From Squalus acanthias (taxonomy: Eukaryota), in contig CM059431.1 in the NCBI GenBank assembly GCA_030390025.1, forward strand, positions 95,172,001-95,236,000: a stretch of 64,000 nucleotides of DNA, in the 5' to 3' direction. Position numbers and translations under genes: made by a program. Numbering within the stretch: position 1 is the stretch's first letter; every line of letters begins with the position of its first letter. This document shows, piece by piece, positions 48,150 through 58,872 of the stretch. Under the pieces are notes generated by a model. That model searched no databases. It was not told the origin of the DNA and saw nothing but the letters and a program-made list of their open reading frames with translations.

Positions 48150-48696
48150 TATATTGTGATCACTGTTTCCCAAATGTTCCCTCAGTGAAACATGCTCCAC
48201 TTGCCCCATTTCATTCCCCAGAACTAGATCTAGCACTGCTTCCTTCCTCATTCAGCTGGAAACATACTGATCAAGGAAGTTCCTTGTACATGTTTCAGGA
48301 TTCCCTCATCCTCTTTGTCCTTTACACTGTTATTGGTATAATTGATGTCCCCCATTATCACTACTCTGTAGTTCTTCAAACTTTCTCAAATTTGCCTGCC
48401 TGGTGGGACGGTAACCGAGGCAATGTCAGGGCGCGATCGGCAGTGCTCTGCGGAGTGCTGCTGCCTTTCAATGCCCCTCCCCTTCAGTTAAAAGGGTGGG
48501 CTGCTGCGCAGGCTGCAGAGCCTCCGATGGCCCCAACTAGGCCACCAGGGTGGTGTGGTGCCATGGCAGCAGCCTGGCGCCGAGACGCGGTGCCGGGATG
48601 CACGATGGTGGCCAGAACCACACCACGGCCCAACAGGGAGGGTCGACCTAGAGGTCGGCCAAAAAAAGAAAGTGGCAGTGCCGGTCGCGGCCACAC

Positions 48697-50995
48697 ATAC
48701 ATAGAAACATAGAAGATAGGAGCAGGACTAGGCCATTCGGCCCCTCGAGCCTGCTCCGCCATTCGATGCGATCATGGCTGATCATCCAAATTCAGAACCC
48801 TGTCCCTGCTTTCTCCCCATATCCCTTGATACCTTTAGCCTTAAGAAATATATCCAACTCCTTCTTTAATATATTTAATGAATTGGCCTCTACTGCCTTC
48901 TGTGGTAGAGAATTCCACAGGTTCACCACCCTCTGGGTGAAGAAATTCCTCCTCATTTCTGTCCTAAATGGTTTACCCCTTATCCTTAGACTGTGACCCC
49001 TGGATCTGGACTCCCCGACCATTGGACACATCCTTCCTGCATCTAGTCTGTCCAGTCCTGTCAGAATTTTATAAGTTTCAATGAGATCCCCTCTCATTCT
49101 TCTATACTCCAGCGAGTATAAGTCCAATCGACCCAATCTCTCATATGTCATTCCTGCCATCCCAGGTATCAGCCTGGTAAATCTTCGCTGAACTCCTTCC
49201 ATGGCAAGAACCTCCTTCCTCAGATAAGGCGACCAAAACTGCACACAATACTCAAGATGTGGTCTCACCAAGGCCCTGTACAACTGCAGCAAGACATCCT
49301 TGTTCCTGTACTCAAACCCTCTCGCTACGAAGGCCAACATACCATTTGCCTTCTTAACCGCCTGCTGCACCTGCATGCTTACCTTCAGCGACTGGTGCAC
49401 AAGGACACCCAGGTCTCATTGCACTTCCCCTTCTCCCAATCTATTGCCATTCAGATAATAATCTGCCTTCCTGTTTTTGCCACCAAAGTGGATAACCTCG
49501 CATTTATCCACGTTATATTGCATCTCCCATGCTACTGCCCAATCACCCAACCTGTCCAAATCATCCTGGAGTTTCTCAGTCATCCTCCTCACAGCACACA
49601 TGCCCACCCAGCTTTGTGTCATCTGCAAACTTGGAGATATTGGCCTGGAAATTCGGGTGGCCGGCTTGCCGCGGGGGTAAGGATCGCGCGCGCTCTTACC
49701 TACCGCGCCTGCCATTGTGTTTCGGGCCCACAGGAACTTCGGGTCCTGGGCCGCTCCCTGGTGCCGGTGCGCAGTGCTTGCGTGTCCCAGGGCGCAGTTA
49801 GTGCGATGCGACTCCTGGGATCACGTTGGCCATGGAGAGCCAATGGCAGCAGACCATCTTTCATTCATAGATTTGACAGGAGACCTGTCAAATCTATGAA
49901 TACCAATCGCCCCCAAAAGAACAGCTAAACCTCAAATAATTTTTTTTTAAAAACCATCACATTAATAAAATAACTATAGTTAAATAAATTAACCACTTTA
50001 AACAAAAATTTAAATTTTTGAAAAAATTTAAATTCTTTTTAAAAGTTATAAAAATAAACTTACCTTTCTTTAAAGTCTCTAAAAAAGATAAACCTGTCGA
50101 AAAAATTTTAAATTATACTTAATTAACTACTTACCTTGTTCAAAAGGGGTCTTACGCCTCCTTTTTACTTGTGTAAAATCTTCCATACTTACCCTCGCGT
50201 TGAAACCTGAAAAAAAACCTAAGTGCGCTGCGTGCGCACAGCCTCTAGTGCGCACGCGGTTCACCTAGGAACCGCCCCCTTCGCCATACCGGAAGTGCCG
50301 GTTTCCCGCGCATGCGCAGTGCATGCAGGAAACCGGCACTTCGGGACTGAATACGGGTGAGTACGCAGCGGGTACTCTCCTGTATTTGGCCGAATTTTTT
50401 GGCCATTACATCTAGTTCCCTTGTCTAGATCATTAATATATATTGTGAATAGCTGGGGTCCAAGGACCGATCCCTGCAGTACCCCACTAGTCACTGCCTG
50501 CCACTCGGAAAAAGACCCGTTTATTCCAACTCTTTGCTTTCTGTCTGCCAACCAGTTCTCCATCCAAGTCAATACCTTGCCCCCAATCCCATGTGCCTTA
50601 ACTTTACATGCTAATCTCTTATGCGGGACCTTATCGACAGCCTTTTGAAAGTCCAAATACACCACATCCACTGGTTCTCCCTTATCTATTTTGCCAGTTA
50701 CATCCTCAAAAAATTCCAGTAGATTAGTCAAGCATGATTTACCTTTTGTAAATCCATGTTGACTTTGTCCGATCCTGTCACTGTTTTCCAAGTGCTCTGT
50801 TATTACATCTTTTATAATGGACACTAGCATTTTCCCCACTACCAATGTCAGGCTTAAACCGGTCTGTAATTCCCCGTTTTCTCTCTACCACCTTTTTTGA
50901 ATAGTGGGGTAACATTAGCTACCCTCCAATCCATGGGTATTGTTCCAGATTCCATCGAATGTTGGAAGATGATCAGCAATGCATCCACACCTCCC
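48697..50995 (-). mobile_element. Young CR1 RT fragment interrupted by a MITE
   Basis: ORFs 48792-49400 and 50261-50845; CR1 tail. Confidence 0.93.
49642..50404 (-). mobile_element. Harbinger-type MITE, hairpin family, copy 1
   Basis: ATT TSD inside the CR1 coding sequence; TIRs GGCCTGGAAATTCGG / CCGAATTTTTTGGCC. Confidence 0.92.
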
Positions 50996-51350
50996 CTTTA
51001 ACTACCACCCCGCGAGCAGAGGTCGGCCCGGCTTGCGACCCGCGAGGCTGGCGCTGACATCGCCTGTGGCAGCCTCGCGGGGCACAGCTGAATTTCTGCA
51101 GTGGGGTGGTAAGGGGCCTTGGCAGGGCGCTAATGGGTCGCGGTGCATGGTGATGACGTCATCGCCGGTGGCAGAGGCCCGGGGCGCTACCGGCGGGGCC
51201 GCGGCGCTATTGGGTAGCGCCTCAGCAACGCCCCGCCAAATTTCTCGGGAGGCGCTTTTTTCGCCCCCGCCGGGCGATAAACACTTTGCACCCCATTAGC
51301 GCCCTCCGGAGGAGCTAACGACAGGTGCAAAGGAGCCGAATTGCTAGCCC
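50995..51350. mobile_element. GC-rich MITE, right half
   Basis: Ends CCCCATTAGCGCCCTCCGG...GAATTGCTAGCCC. Confidence 0.7.
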
Positions 51351-52104
51351 ATTGTTTCTTCTGTGATTCAAATAGATTGTCCCCTTGTTCTAACGTAAGT
51401 CTTTAAATTCTAAAGTTATGGCGCTATTGTTTTAGTCCAAATTGTCTGGAGGAGTTCTGCTCATTGTTAGAGCCACAGCAGCAGACCAGATTTGAGCAAG
51501 GACCATGCTTAGCATTACTGAGAAGGTGAACACAGCCCCCTCAATTGCTTTTGCCATTGGTTGAATGTATTTCAAGATATATCTGGGGACTTTTGGCAAG
51601 TCACTAATCTATCCTCGGTGTGCCCACATTATCAAGTTTGATACTGGTCAGAGGCACTTGAATGAATGTCCTAATGTTAGTTTCCATTTTCTAATGTACG
51701 TTTCCAGGTTTTGAATGTATGTTTCTAAATTCAGAATGTATCTGCGGGTTCTAATATATGTTTCCAAGTTGCTCTATATGTCTCCATGACGCTGCAGGAT
51801 TACACCATGGCACTTTGTTTAAATATCTAACTCTTGCTGCTAATTTTCCTTTCCCACATTCTGCCACAATAATTTCAAGTTAAGTCTGTTTTTTATTATG
51901 GAGTGCTGTCCAGCCTGTGTTTGTTATTCAAAGAATTTTCAATGTGACATACTTCTGCATATTGTAACAACAATTTGGAGTATTTAGTCAAGTTTTAGTT
52001 TAAAAACCTGAAACAAAATACACAGAAATGAATAGAATGCAAATATTGTTAATATTTAATGATCAAAACCAGTCCAGGAGATCCAGTGTTGTTTAAAAAG
52101 ACAT

Positions 52105-54040
52105 TTACCTTCTACATGATGCAATTTCTGTGACAGTCAAGAACTGGTCCGTTTTCCTTTTGAAGGCAGAGGGCTGGATTTTGAATGACCCATGGAGTCG
52201 GGTTTGGAGGCATGTGGGGGGCTAAATTTGCGGGGTCGGGGGTCCCGACCCCATCCCGACTCCATCCCGCCTCCACGCAATTTTGACAAAATCAGTCGCG
52301 GGGTTCCCGACTCCGTCCCGCCTCCAAGAGGCGGGAGAGGCCATTAAAGCCCTTAACAAGCCCTAAATTGGCTCTGTAATGCCATTTTGAAACGTTTTAG
52401 CTAGTTTAAACCTTTTCCGATGTGAAGTACGCCTGATGTGAAATACTCCAGTGAAACCTGGCGGGAGCACAAGTGGATAGCTGACTATCAGCTGCAGGTC
52501 CACTATTACAACGGAGATGTGATGAAGGTAGTAGTAGTATTAGGTGTGAAAGTCGCCTCTGATGCTGCTGCATTGAATGTCTTCAGAGACTGCGTGGCCT
52601 TTGCTGTGAGAGGACTTGGATGCAAAAAAATTCTCTCTCTCTCTCTCTCTCTCTCACACCAACAGCCAGACAGTCTCTGAGACCAGGCAGTCAGCAATGA
52701 TGACATCATCAGAGGCGACTTTCAGACTGAAAGCACTAATTAGTTCATGGGTTCCCACATGCTGGAACTCAATTGCCCAATTAAGTGAAAATTGCATCAG
52801 GCATCCACATTAATCTGGAGTTGGGGGGGAACACGAAATGCGGATGACATGACCCCAACCCGACCCCAAGACAAAATCCAGCCCAGAGAGTCAGCACCCA
52901 CCACATCAGCCAGCAATGTCTTCCAGAGGCTCACAATTCTCTGGGAAAAGAAGAACAGCTTGAGACGCAGTCTATTCCTACTCTTACATAGTTTTAACTC
53001 ATGTTCTCTGATCCTCCCCAATCTGTTAAACTGAAATAATCTATCAATAGGCGCACTATCCAGCCCTTTAATTCTTTTATAAACCACGATCAGGTTGCCT
53101 CTAAGTTTAAGTTGCTCTAAAGTAAATAGACCAATGTTTTTAAGTCTATTTTAGTAGCTGAGTTCTTTAAGCTCGGAATCATTCTCATAGCTCTCCTTTG
53201 GACCTTTTCCAAGGCGCTATAGCATCCACCACGTTAGATTTAGCTACAGCTTCTCTACATTGGTCATGAACTTTCAGTGAGGTGCGCACAAAAACACCAA
53301 GATCTTTTTTCTCTCTCAGCCTCTTATTTCCTGTAAATCATATGTGCATTCTGTGTTGGCCCTACCAACCTGCATGACATGAAATGTATCTAAATTAAAT
53401 GCCATTTTCCATTGTGTGGCCCACTCCCCGAGCACATCGAAAACTTTTTGCATTTGTTTGCACTCCACTACTGTCTTAACCCTTGCACAGATCTTGGTGC
53501 CATCTGCAAACATACACAACATATTCCCAACACTACTGTCCATAGAATCATAGATTCATAGAAAGTTAAAGCACGGAAGGAGGCCATTTTGACCCATCGT
53601 GTCCGCGCCGGCCGGTCATTAATAAAGACAGTGAACAGTAGCGGGCCTAGGATCAATCTCTGGGGGACCCCATGAGTGACGAGCCTCCAAGCTGAACCAC
53701 ATCCATTAAATGCAACATTCTGGCTGTGGGATTGAAGCCAATTCCAAATCAAGAATATCAAATTCCCACTGATACCACAAGATTCTAGCTTGTATAGTAA
53801 CCTAGTGTGAGATACCTTATCAAAGGCTTTCTGAAAGTTCAGGAAGACAATGTCCTTCATCCACTACCCTAGTGACTTCCTCAAACAACTCTATCAAATT
53901 TGTACGACACAACTTATTTCTTTGAAAGTCATCTTGTGAATTTCTAATGGCCTCTCCCTTCCCCATTGATCATAAAGGGTGTCTCTTATGATCCCTTCTA
54001 TCATCTTCCCAATAATGGATGTCAGGCTGATAGGCCTGTA
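52105..54040 (-). mobile_element. Old divergent CR1 RT (continues ~60750-61010); hosts a MITE and a ~75-bp CR1 tail at ~53541-53615
   Basis: YRPISLTSIIGK, FLNFQKAFDKVSH, MFADGTK, FFSQRIVSLWKTL. Confidence 0.8.
52171..52884. mobile_element. Harbinger-type MITE
   Basis: Perfect 13-bp TIR GGGCTGGATTTTG; AGA TSD. Confidence 0.92.
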
Positions 54041-54383
54041 CATGGGAACATAGGAACTTAGGAACAGGAGTAGGCCATTTAGCCCCTCGACCCTTCCTGC
54101 CATTCAATGAGATCATGGCTGATTCGTGACCTAACTCCATATATCTGCCTTTGCCCCATATCCCTTAATACCTTTGGTTAACAGAAATCTATCAATCTCA
54201 GATTTAAAATTAACAATTTGCAGAAGTGAGTTCCAAACTTCTACCACTCTTTGTGTGTAGAAGTGTTTCCTAATTTCACTCCTGAAAGGCCTGGATCTAA
54301 TTTTTAGGCTATGTCCCCGAGTCCTAGAATCCCCAACCAGCGGAAATAGTTTCTCTCTATCTACCCTATCAGTTCCACTTAAT

Positions 54384-55123
54384 GGCCCAAAAATTAGTGC
54401 TGCTACGCGAGAGTACGCACTGTGTACTCTCGCGTATTCTGTCTCCAATTGCCGGTTTTCTGCATGCACTGCGCATGCGCTGAAAACCGGCACTTGGTGA
54501 TTTCAAAAGGGGGCGGTTCCTAGGTGAACCGCGTGCGCGCTACAGGCTGCGCGCACGCAGTGCACTTAGTGCTTTGAACGCGCAGGTAAGCATAGAAGAT
54601 TTTACACATAAAGAAAGGAGGCGTAAGACCCTCTTTTAACAAGGTAAGTAGTTAATTAAGTATTATTTTGAATTTTTTTCAACAGGTATATCTTTTTTAG
54701 AGACTTTAAAGAAAGGTAAGTTTATTTTTATAACTTTTTAAAAGATTTTAAATTTTTTCAAAAATTTAATTTTTTGTTTAAAGTGGTTAATTTATTTAAC
54801 TATACTTATTTTATTAATGTGATTTTTTTTTAAATTTAATTGAGGTTTAGCTGTTCTTTTGGGGGGGTATAGTATTCATAGCTTTCACAGCCGTGCTGTG
54901 AAAACTATGAATGAAAGATGGTGTGCTGCCATTGGCTCTAACTGAGTCACGTGATCCCACAGCTCGCACGAATTAACTGCGCCTGTGGGATACGGAAGCC
55001 CTGCACAGCTGCTGTCCAGAACATCAAGTTCGTGCGAGCTGGGAATGAAAAAGCCAGCGCGCAGTGAGAGATCGCGGGGAAGCCTTACCCTCGCACGAAG
55101 GCTCCCTCACTAATTTTTGGGCC
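54384..55123 (+). mobile_element. Harbinger-type MITE, hairpin family, copy 2
   Basis: Perfect 16-bp TIR GGCCCAAAAATTAGTG; AAT TSD; reverse-complement homolog of 49642-50404. Confidence 0.92.
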
Positions 55124-55669
55124 AATATCTTGAAAACTTCGATCAAATCACCCCTTAACCTTCTAAATTCCAGGGAATACAACTCTAGTTTGTGTAATCT
55201 CTCCCCGTAATTTAACCCTTGGACTCCAGGTATCCTTCCAAGGTCAGTATATCCTTCCTAAGGTGTGGTGCCCAGAACTGTTCACAATACTCCAGGTGTG
55301 GTCTAACCAGGGTTTTGTATAGCTGCAGCATAACTTCTACCCCCTTGTATTCTAGTCCTCTAAATATAAAGGCCAGCATTCTGTTAGCCTTTTTGATTAT
55401 TTTTGTACCTGTTCATGACATTTTAATAATCTATGTACATGAACCGCCAAGTCTCTTTGGACCTCCACTTCTTCTAGATTTTCACCATTTAGGAAATACC
55501 CTGTTCTATCCTTTTTAGATCCAAAGTGGATGACCTCACACTTGCCTATATTGAAATCCATTTGCCACAGTTTTGCCCATTCACTTAATCTATTAATATC
55601 TCTTTGTAATTTTATGCTTCCATCTACACTGTTTACAATGCTGCCTATCTTTGTGTCATTGGAGACAGG

Positions 55670-55980
55670 GGACCTGAGACGGAGCGAGACCGGAGCTGAG
55701 GATATAAAGAGCGCGGCAGAGCGAGGCCAAAGAGCGGAGGCAGCGGACCTGAGAGGGAGCGAGAGTGGAGCCTGAGGATATAAAGAGCGCGGCAGAGCGA
55801 GGCCAAAGAGCAGAGGCAGCGGACCTGAGAGGGAGCGAGAGTGGAGCCTGAGGATATAAAGAGCGCGGCAGAGCGAGGCCAAAGAGCAGAGGCAGCGGAC
55901 CTGAGAGGGAGCGAGAGTGGAGCCTGAGGATATAAAGAGCGCGGCAGAGCGAGGCCCGAGAGCGGAGGCAGTGGACCTGA
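55670..55980 (+). repeat. Four 76-bp tandem monomers at the CR1 5' end, each containing TATAAA
   Basis: GGACCTGA starts at 55670, 55745, 55821, 55897 and 55973. Confidence 0.95.
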
Positions 55981-56209
55981 CAACAAAAACAAGGAGTGAC
56001 GTCACAGGAAAGCAGGGAAGTGATTGGTTGGTCAGTATTTCTCTCTTTATCTTGGGCATTGGTTTAAATTAAGAGCCGGGATTAAAAACTAAACGTTCAA
56101 AAAGAGGGAGCTGATTGGTGAGTATCTGGTAAGTGTTTTTACTTGGCTTTCTTAAAGTTTTTAAGTTTATTCCAGCTAGGTTAGTAAATAGTCTGTTAAT
56201 TAGAGGTAT

Positions 56210-56654
56210 AAAAATGAGAAGTCGCACAACACCGGGTTATAGTCCAACAGATTTATTTAAAATTACAAGCTTTCGGAGCTGTCGCTCCTTCTTCAGGTAG
56301 GGTAGCTGTGAGAGAATCTCCCAGAATTCACAATATAAACACAGAAAAAATGTATTCAAATCTTTCCCTACATCAAAGACACACTAAGAGCACAGCCAAG
56401 ACAATGAGATGTGTCCCAGGGGGTCCAACGTGTCAAAACACCTGCTGGCTGCATATCCTCTCCATTTGGGTTCGGTTCTTGTGTTAGTTTTTTTTTTAAA
56501 AACTGGAAAGACCGGCCATGATGTCAAGTCACGTTCTGTATCGTGACATGAACCTGATATCGCGATTGAGGCCATCCTCATGAGTGCGGAACTTGGCTAT
56601 CAGTTTCTGCTCTATGATTTTGCGCTGTCGTGTATCCCGAAGGCCGCCTTGGAG
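56210..56654 (-). mobile_element. Penelope-like element fragment (GIY-YIG C-terminus plus terminal repeat)
   Basis: LQGGLRDTRQRKIIEQKLIAKFRTHEDGLNRD; 12-bp TSD AATTAGAGGTAT (56198-209 and 56655-66). Confidence 0.85.
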
Positions 56655-56664
56655 AATTAGAGGT

Positions 56665-57618
56665 ATGGCAGGGCAGCTCACACCCGTGGAATGCACATCC
56701 TGTGCCATGTGGGAAGTCCTGGACACCTCCCGTGGTCTGGACGACCACATGTGCGGGAAGTGTCGCCAGCTCCAGCTGCTCGAGCACCGGGTTATGGAGC
56801 TTGAGCGGCAGCTGCAGTCACTGCTGTGCATCGCGAGGCTGAGAGCTACGTGGATAGCACGTTTTGGGAGGTGGTCACCCCGCAGCTTAAGAGTGTGCAG
56901 GCAGAGAGGGAATGGGTGACTGCCAGACAGAAGAGGAGGGCCAGGCAGGTAGTGCAGGAGTCCCCTGAGCCCATCTTGCTCACCGACCAGTATTCGGTGC
57001 TGAGTACTGGTGAGGGCGATGGTTCCTCTAGGGAGTGCAGCCAGAGCCAGGTCCACAGCACCATGGTAGGCTCAGCTGCAAAGGTGGAGGGGGGGAAGAG
57101 GAGAGGGAGAGCAATAGTGGCAGGGGATTCAATAGTTAGGGGAGCAGACAGGTGTTTCTGCCACCGCAGACATGACTCCAGGATGGTATGTTGCCTCCCT
57201 GGTTCCAGGGTCAAGGATGCCACTGAACGGCTGCAGGGCATTCTATGGGGGGAGGGTGAACAGCCAGAGGTTGTGGTCCATATCGGTACCAATGACATAG
57301 GTAGGAAGAGGGATGAGGTCCTGCAGGCAGAGTTTAGGGAGCTAGGAAAGAGGTTAAAAAGCAGGAACTCAAAGGTAGTAATCTCTGGATTACTACAAGT
57401 ACCACGTGCTAGTGAGTACAGAAATAGGAAGATAGAGCAGATGAATGCATGGCTGGAGAGATAGTGTAGGAGGGAGGGCTTTAGATTCCTGAGGAATTGG
57501 AACCGTTTCTGGGGGAGGTGGGACCTCTACAAGTCAGAAAGGTTGCACCTCAACGGGAACGGGACCAATATCCTCACGGGAGGGTTTGCTATTGCTGTTT
57601 GGATGGGTTTAAACTAGC
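56665..57618 (+). pseudogene. CR1 ORF1: zinc finger/coiled coil plus SGNH esterase (one frameshift, one stop)
   Basis: CTSCAMWE...CGKCRQL; VAGDSIVRG, VVHIGTND, LHLNGNGT. Confidence 0.88.
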
Positions 57619-58726
57619 TTGGAAGGGGGATGGGAACCTAAGTATAGAGTCAATAGGGAGGGAAGAAAAACTGGAATTGAAAAACAAAAACGTAGAAAGG
57701 GCTAACAAGGAACGGAAATACACATTAAATGGTAGGACACTGAGTAGTGTAGAGGAACAAAGGGACCTTGGAGTCCACAGATCCCTGAAGGTAGCAGGCC
57801 GGGTAGATAAGGTGGTTAAGAAGGCATATGGAATGCTTGCCTTTATTAGCCGTGGCATAGAATACAAGAGCAGGGGGTTATGCTTCAACTGTATAAAACA
57901 CTAGTTAGGCCTCAGCTAGAGTACTGCGTGCAGTTCTGGTCACCACATGACAGGAAAGATGTGATTGCACTAAAGAGGGTACAGAGGAGTTTACAAGGAT
58001 GTTGCTGGGAGTAGAGAATCTTAGCTATGAGGAAAGACTGGATAGGCTGGGTCTGTTTTCCTTGGAACAGAGAAGGCTGAGGGGAGACCTTATTGAGGTG
58101 TATAAAATTATGAGGGGCATAGATAAAGTGGATAGAAAGGGCCTATTTCCCTTAGCAGAGGGGTCAAAAACAGATTTAAAGTAATTGCTGGAAGGTTTAG
58201 AGGGGATTTGAGAGGAAATTTCTTCACCCAGAGGGTTGTGGGTGTCTGGAACTCGTTGCCTGAAAGGGTGGTAGAGGCAGGAACCCTCATCACATTTAAA
58301 AAGTACTTGGATGTGCACTTGGGATGCTGTAACCTACAGGGCTATGGATCAAGAGCTTGGAAGTGGGATTAGGCTGGATAGCTCTTTGTTGGCCGGTGCG
58401 GACATGATGGGCCGAAATGACCTCCTTCCGTACTGTAACTTTCTATGATTCTATGATTCATTGGCAAACTTGGATATGCAGCTCTCTATCCCATCATGTA
58501 AGTCATTAATAAATTCAGTGAATAGTTGAGGCCCCAACACAGATCCCTGTTGGATGCCTCTAGTCACATCCTGCCAATTAGAGTACCTGCCTATTATCCC
58601 TACTCTCCATCTGCTGCCGCTCAGCCAATCTCCGAACCAGATCAATAATTTGCCCTCAATTCCATGAGCTTCAACTTTCGCTAACAGTCTCTTATGAGGG
58701 ACTTTATTGAATGCCTCTGGAAGTCA

Positions 58727-58872
58727 AAGAAAAAAAGAAAGACTTGCATTTATATAGCGCCTTTCATGACCACCTGACGTCCCAAAATGATTTACAGCCA
58801 ATGAAGTACTTTTTGAAGTGTAGTCACTATTGTAATGTAGAAAACACGACAGCCAATTTACGCACAGCAGCT
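58727..58872 (-). mobile_element. Deu-SINE/L2-type tail fragment
   Basis: TTGCATTTATATAGCGCCTTTCA...AAGTACTTTTTGAAGTGTAG. Confidence 0.7.

Larger units (their letters stand above)
45965..48400 (-). mobile_element. Old CR1 ORF2 fragment (EN-RT linker) hosting two MITEs
   Basis: Similar in layout to 58980-60250. Confidence 0.7.
55663..58457 (+). mobile_element. CR1 with complete 5' end and ORF1 but lacking EN and the RT core
   Basis: 7-bp TSD TCATTGG (55656-62 and 58458-64); ORF1 then a jump near 57700 to the ORF2 C-terminus; (TTCTATGA) tail. Confidence 0.88.

Noticed and set aside
52100..52170. Host exon on the - strand ending at an AG|GTAAAT donor
   Set aside because: The frame SAFKRKTDQFL is the CR1 ORF2 C-terminus continuing across the MITE.
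55397..56059. 220-aa repetitive ORF on the - strand
   Set aside because: It is an antisense reading of the 76-bp monomers running into CR1 RT sequence.
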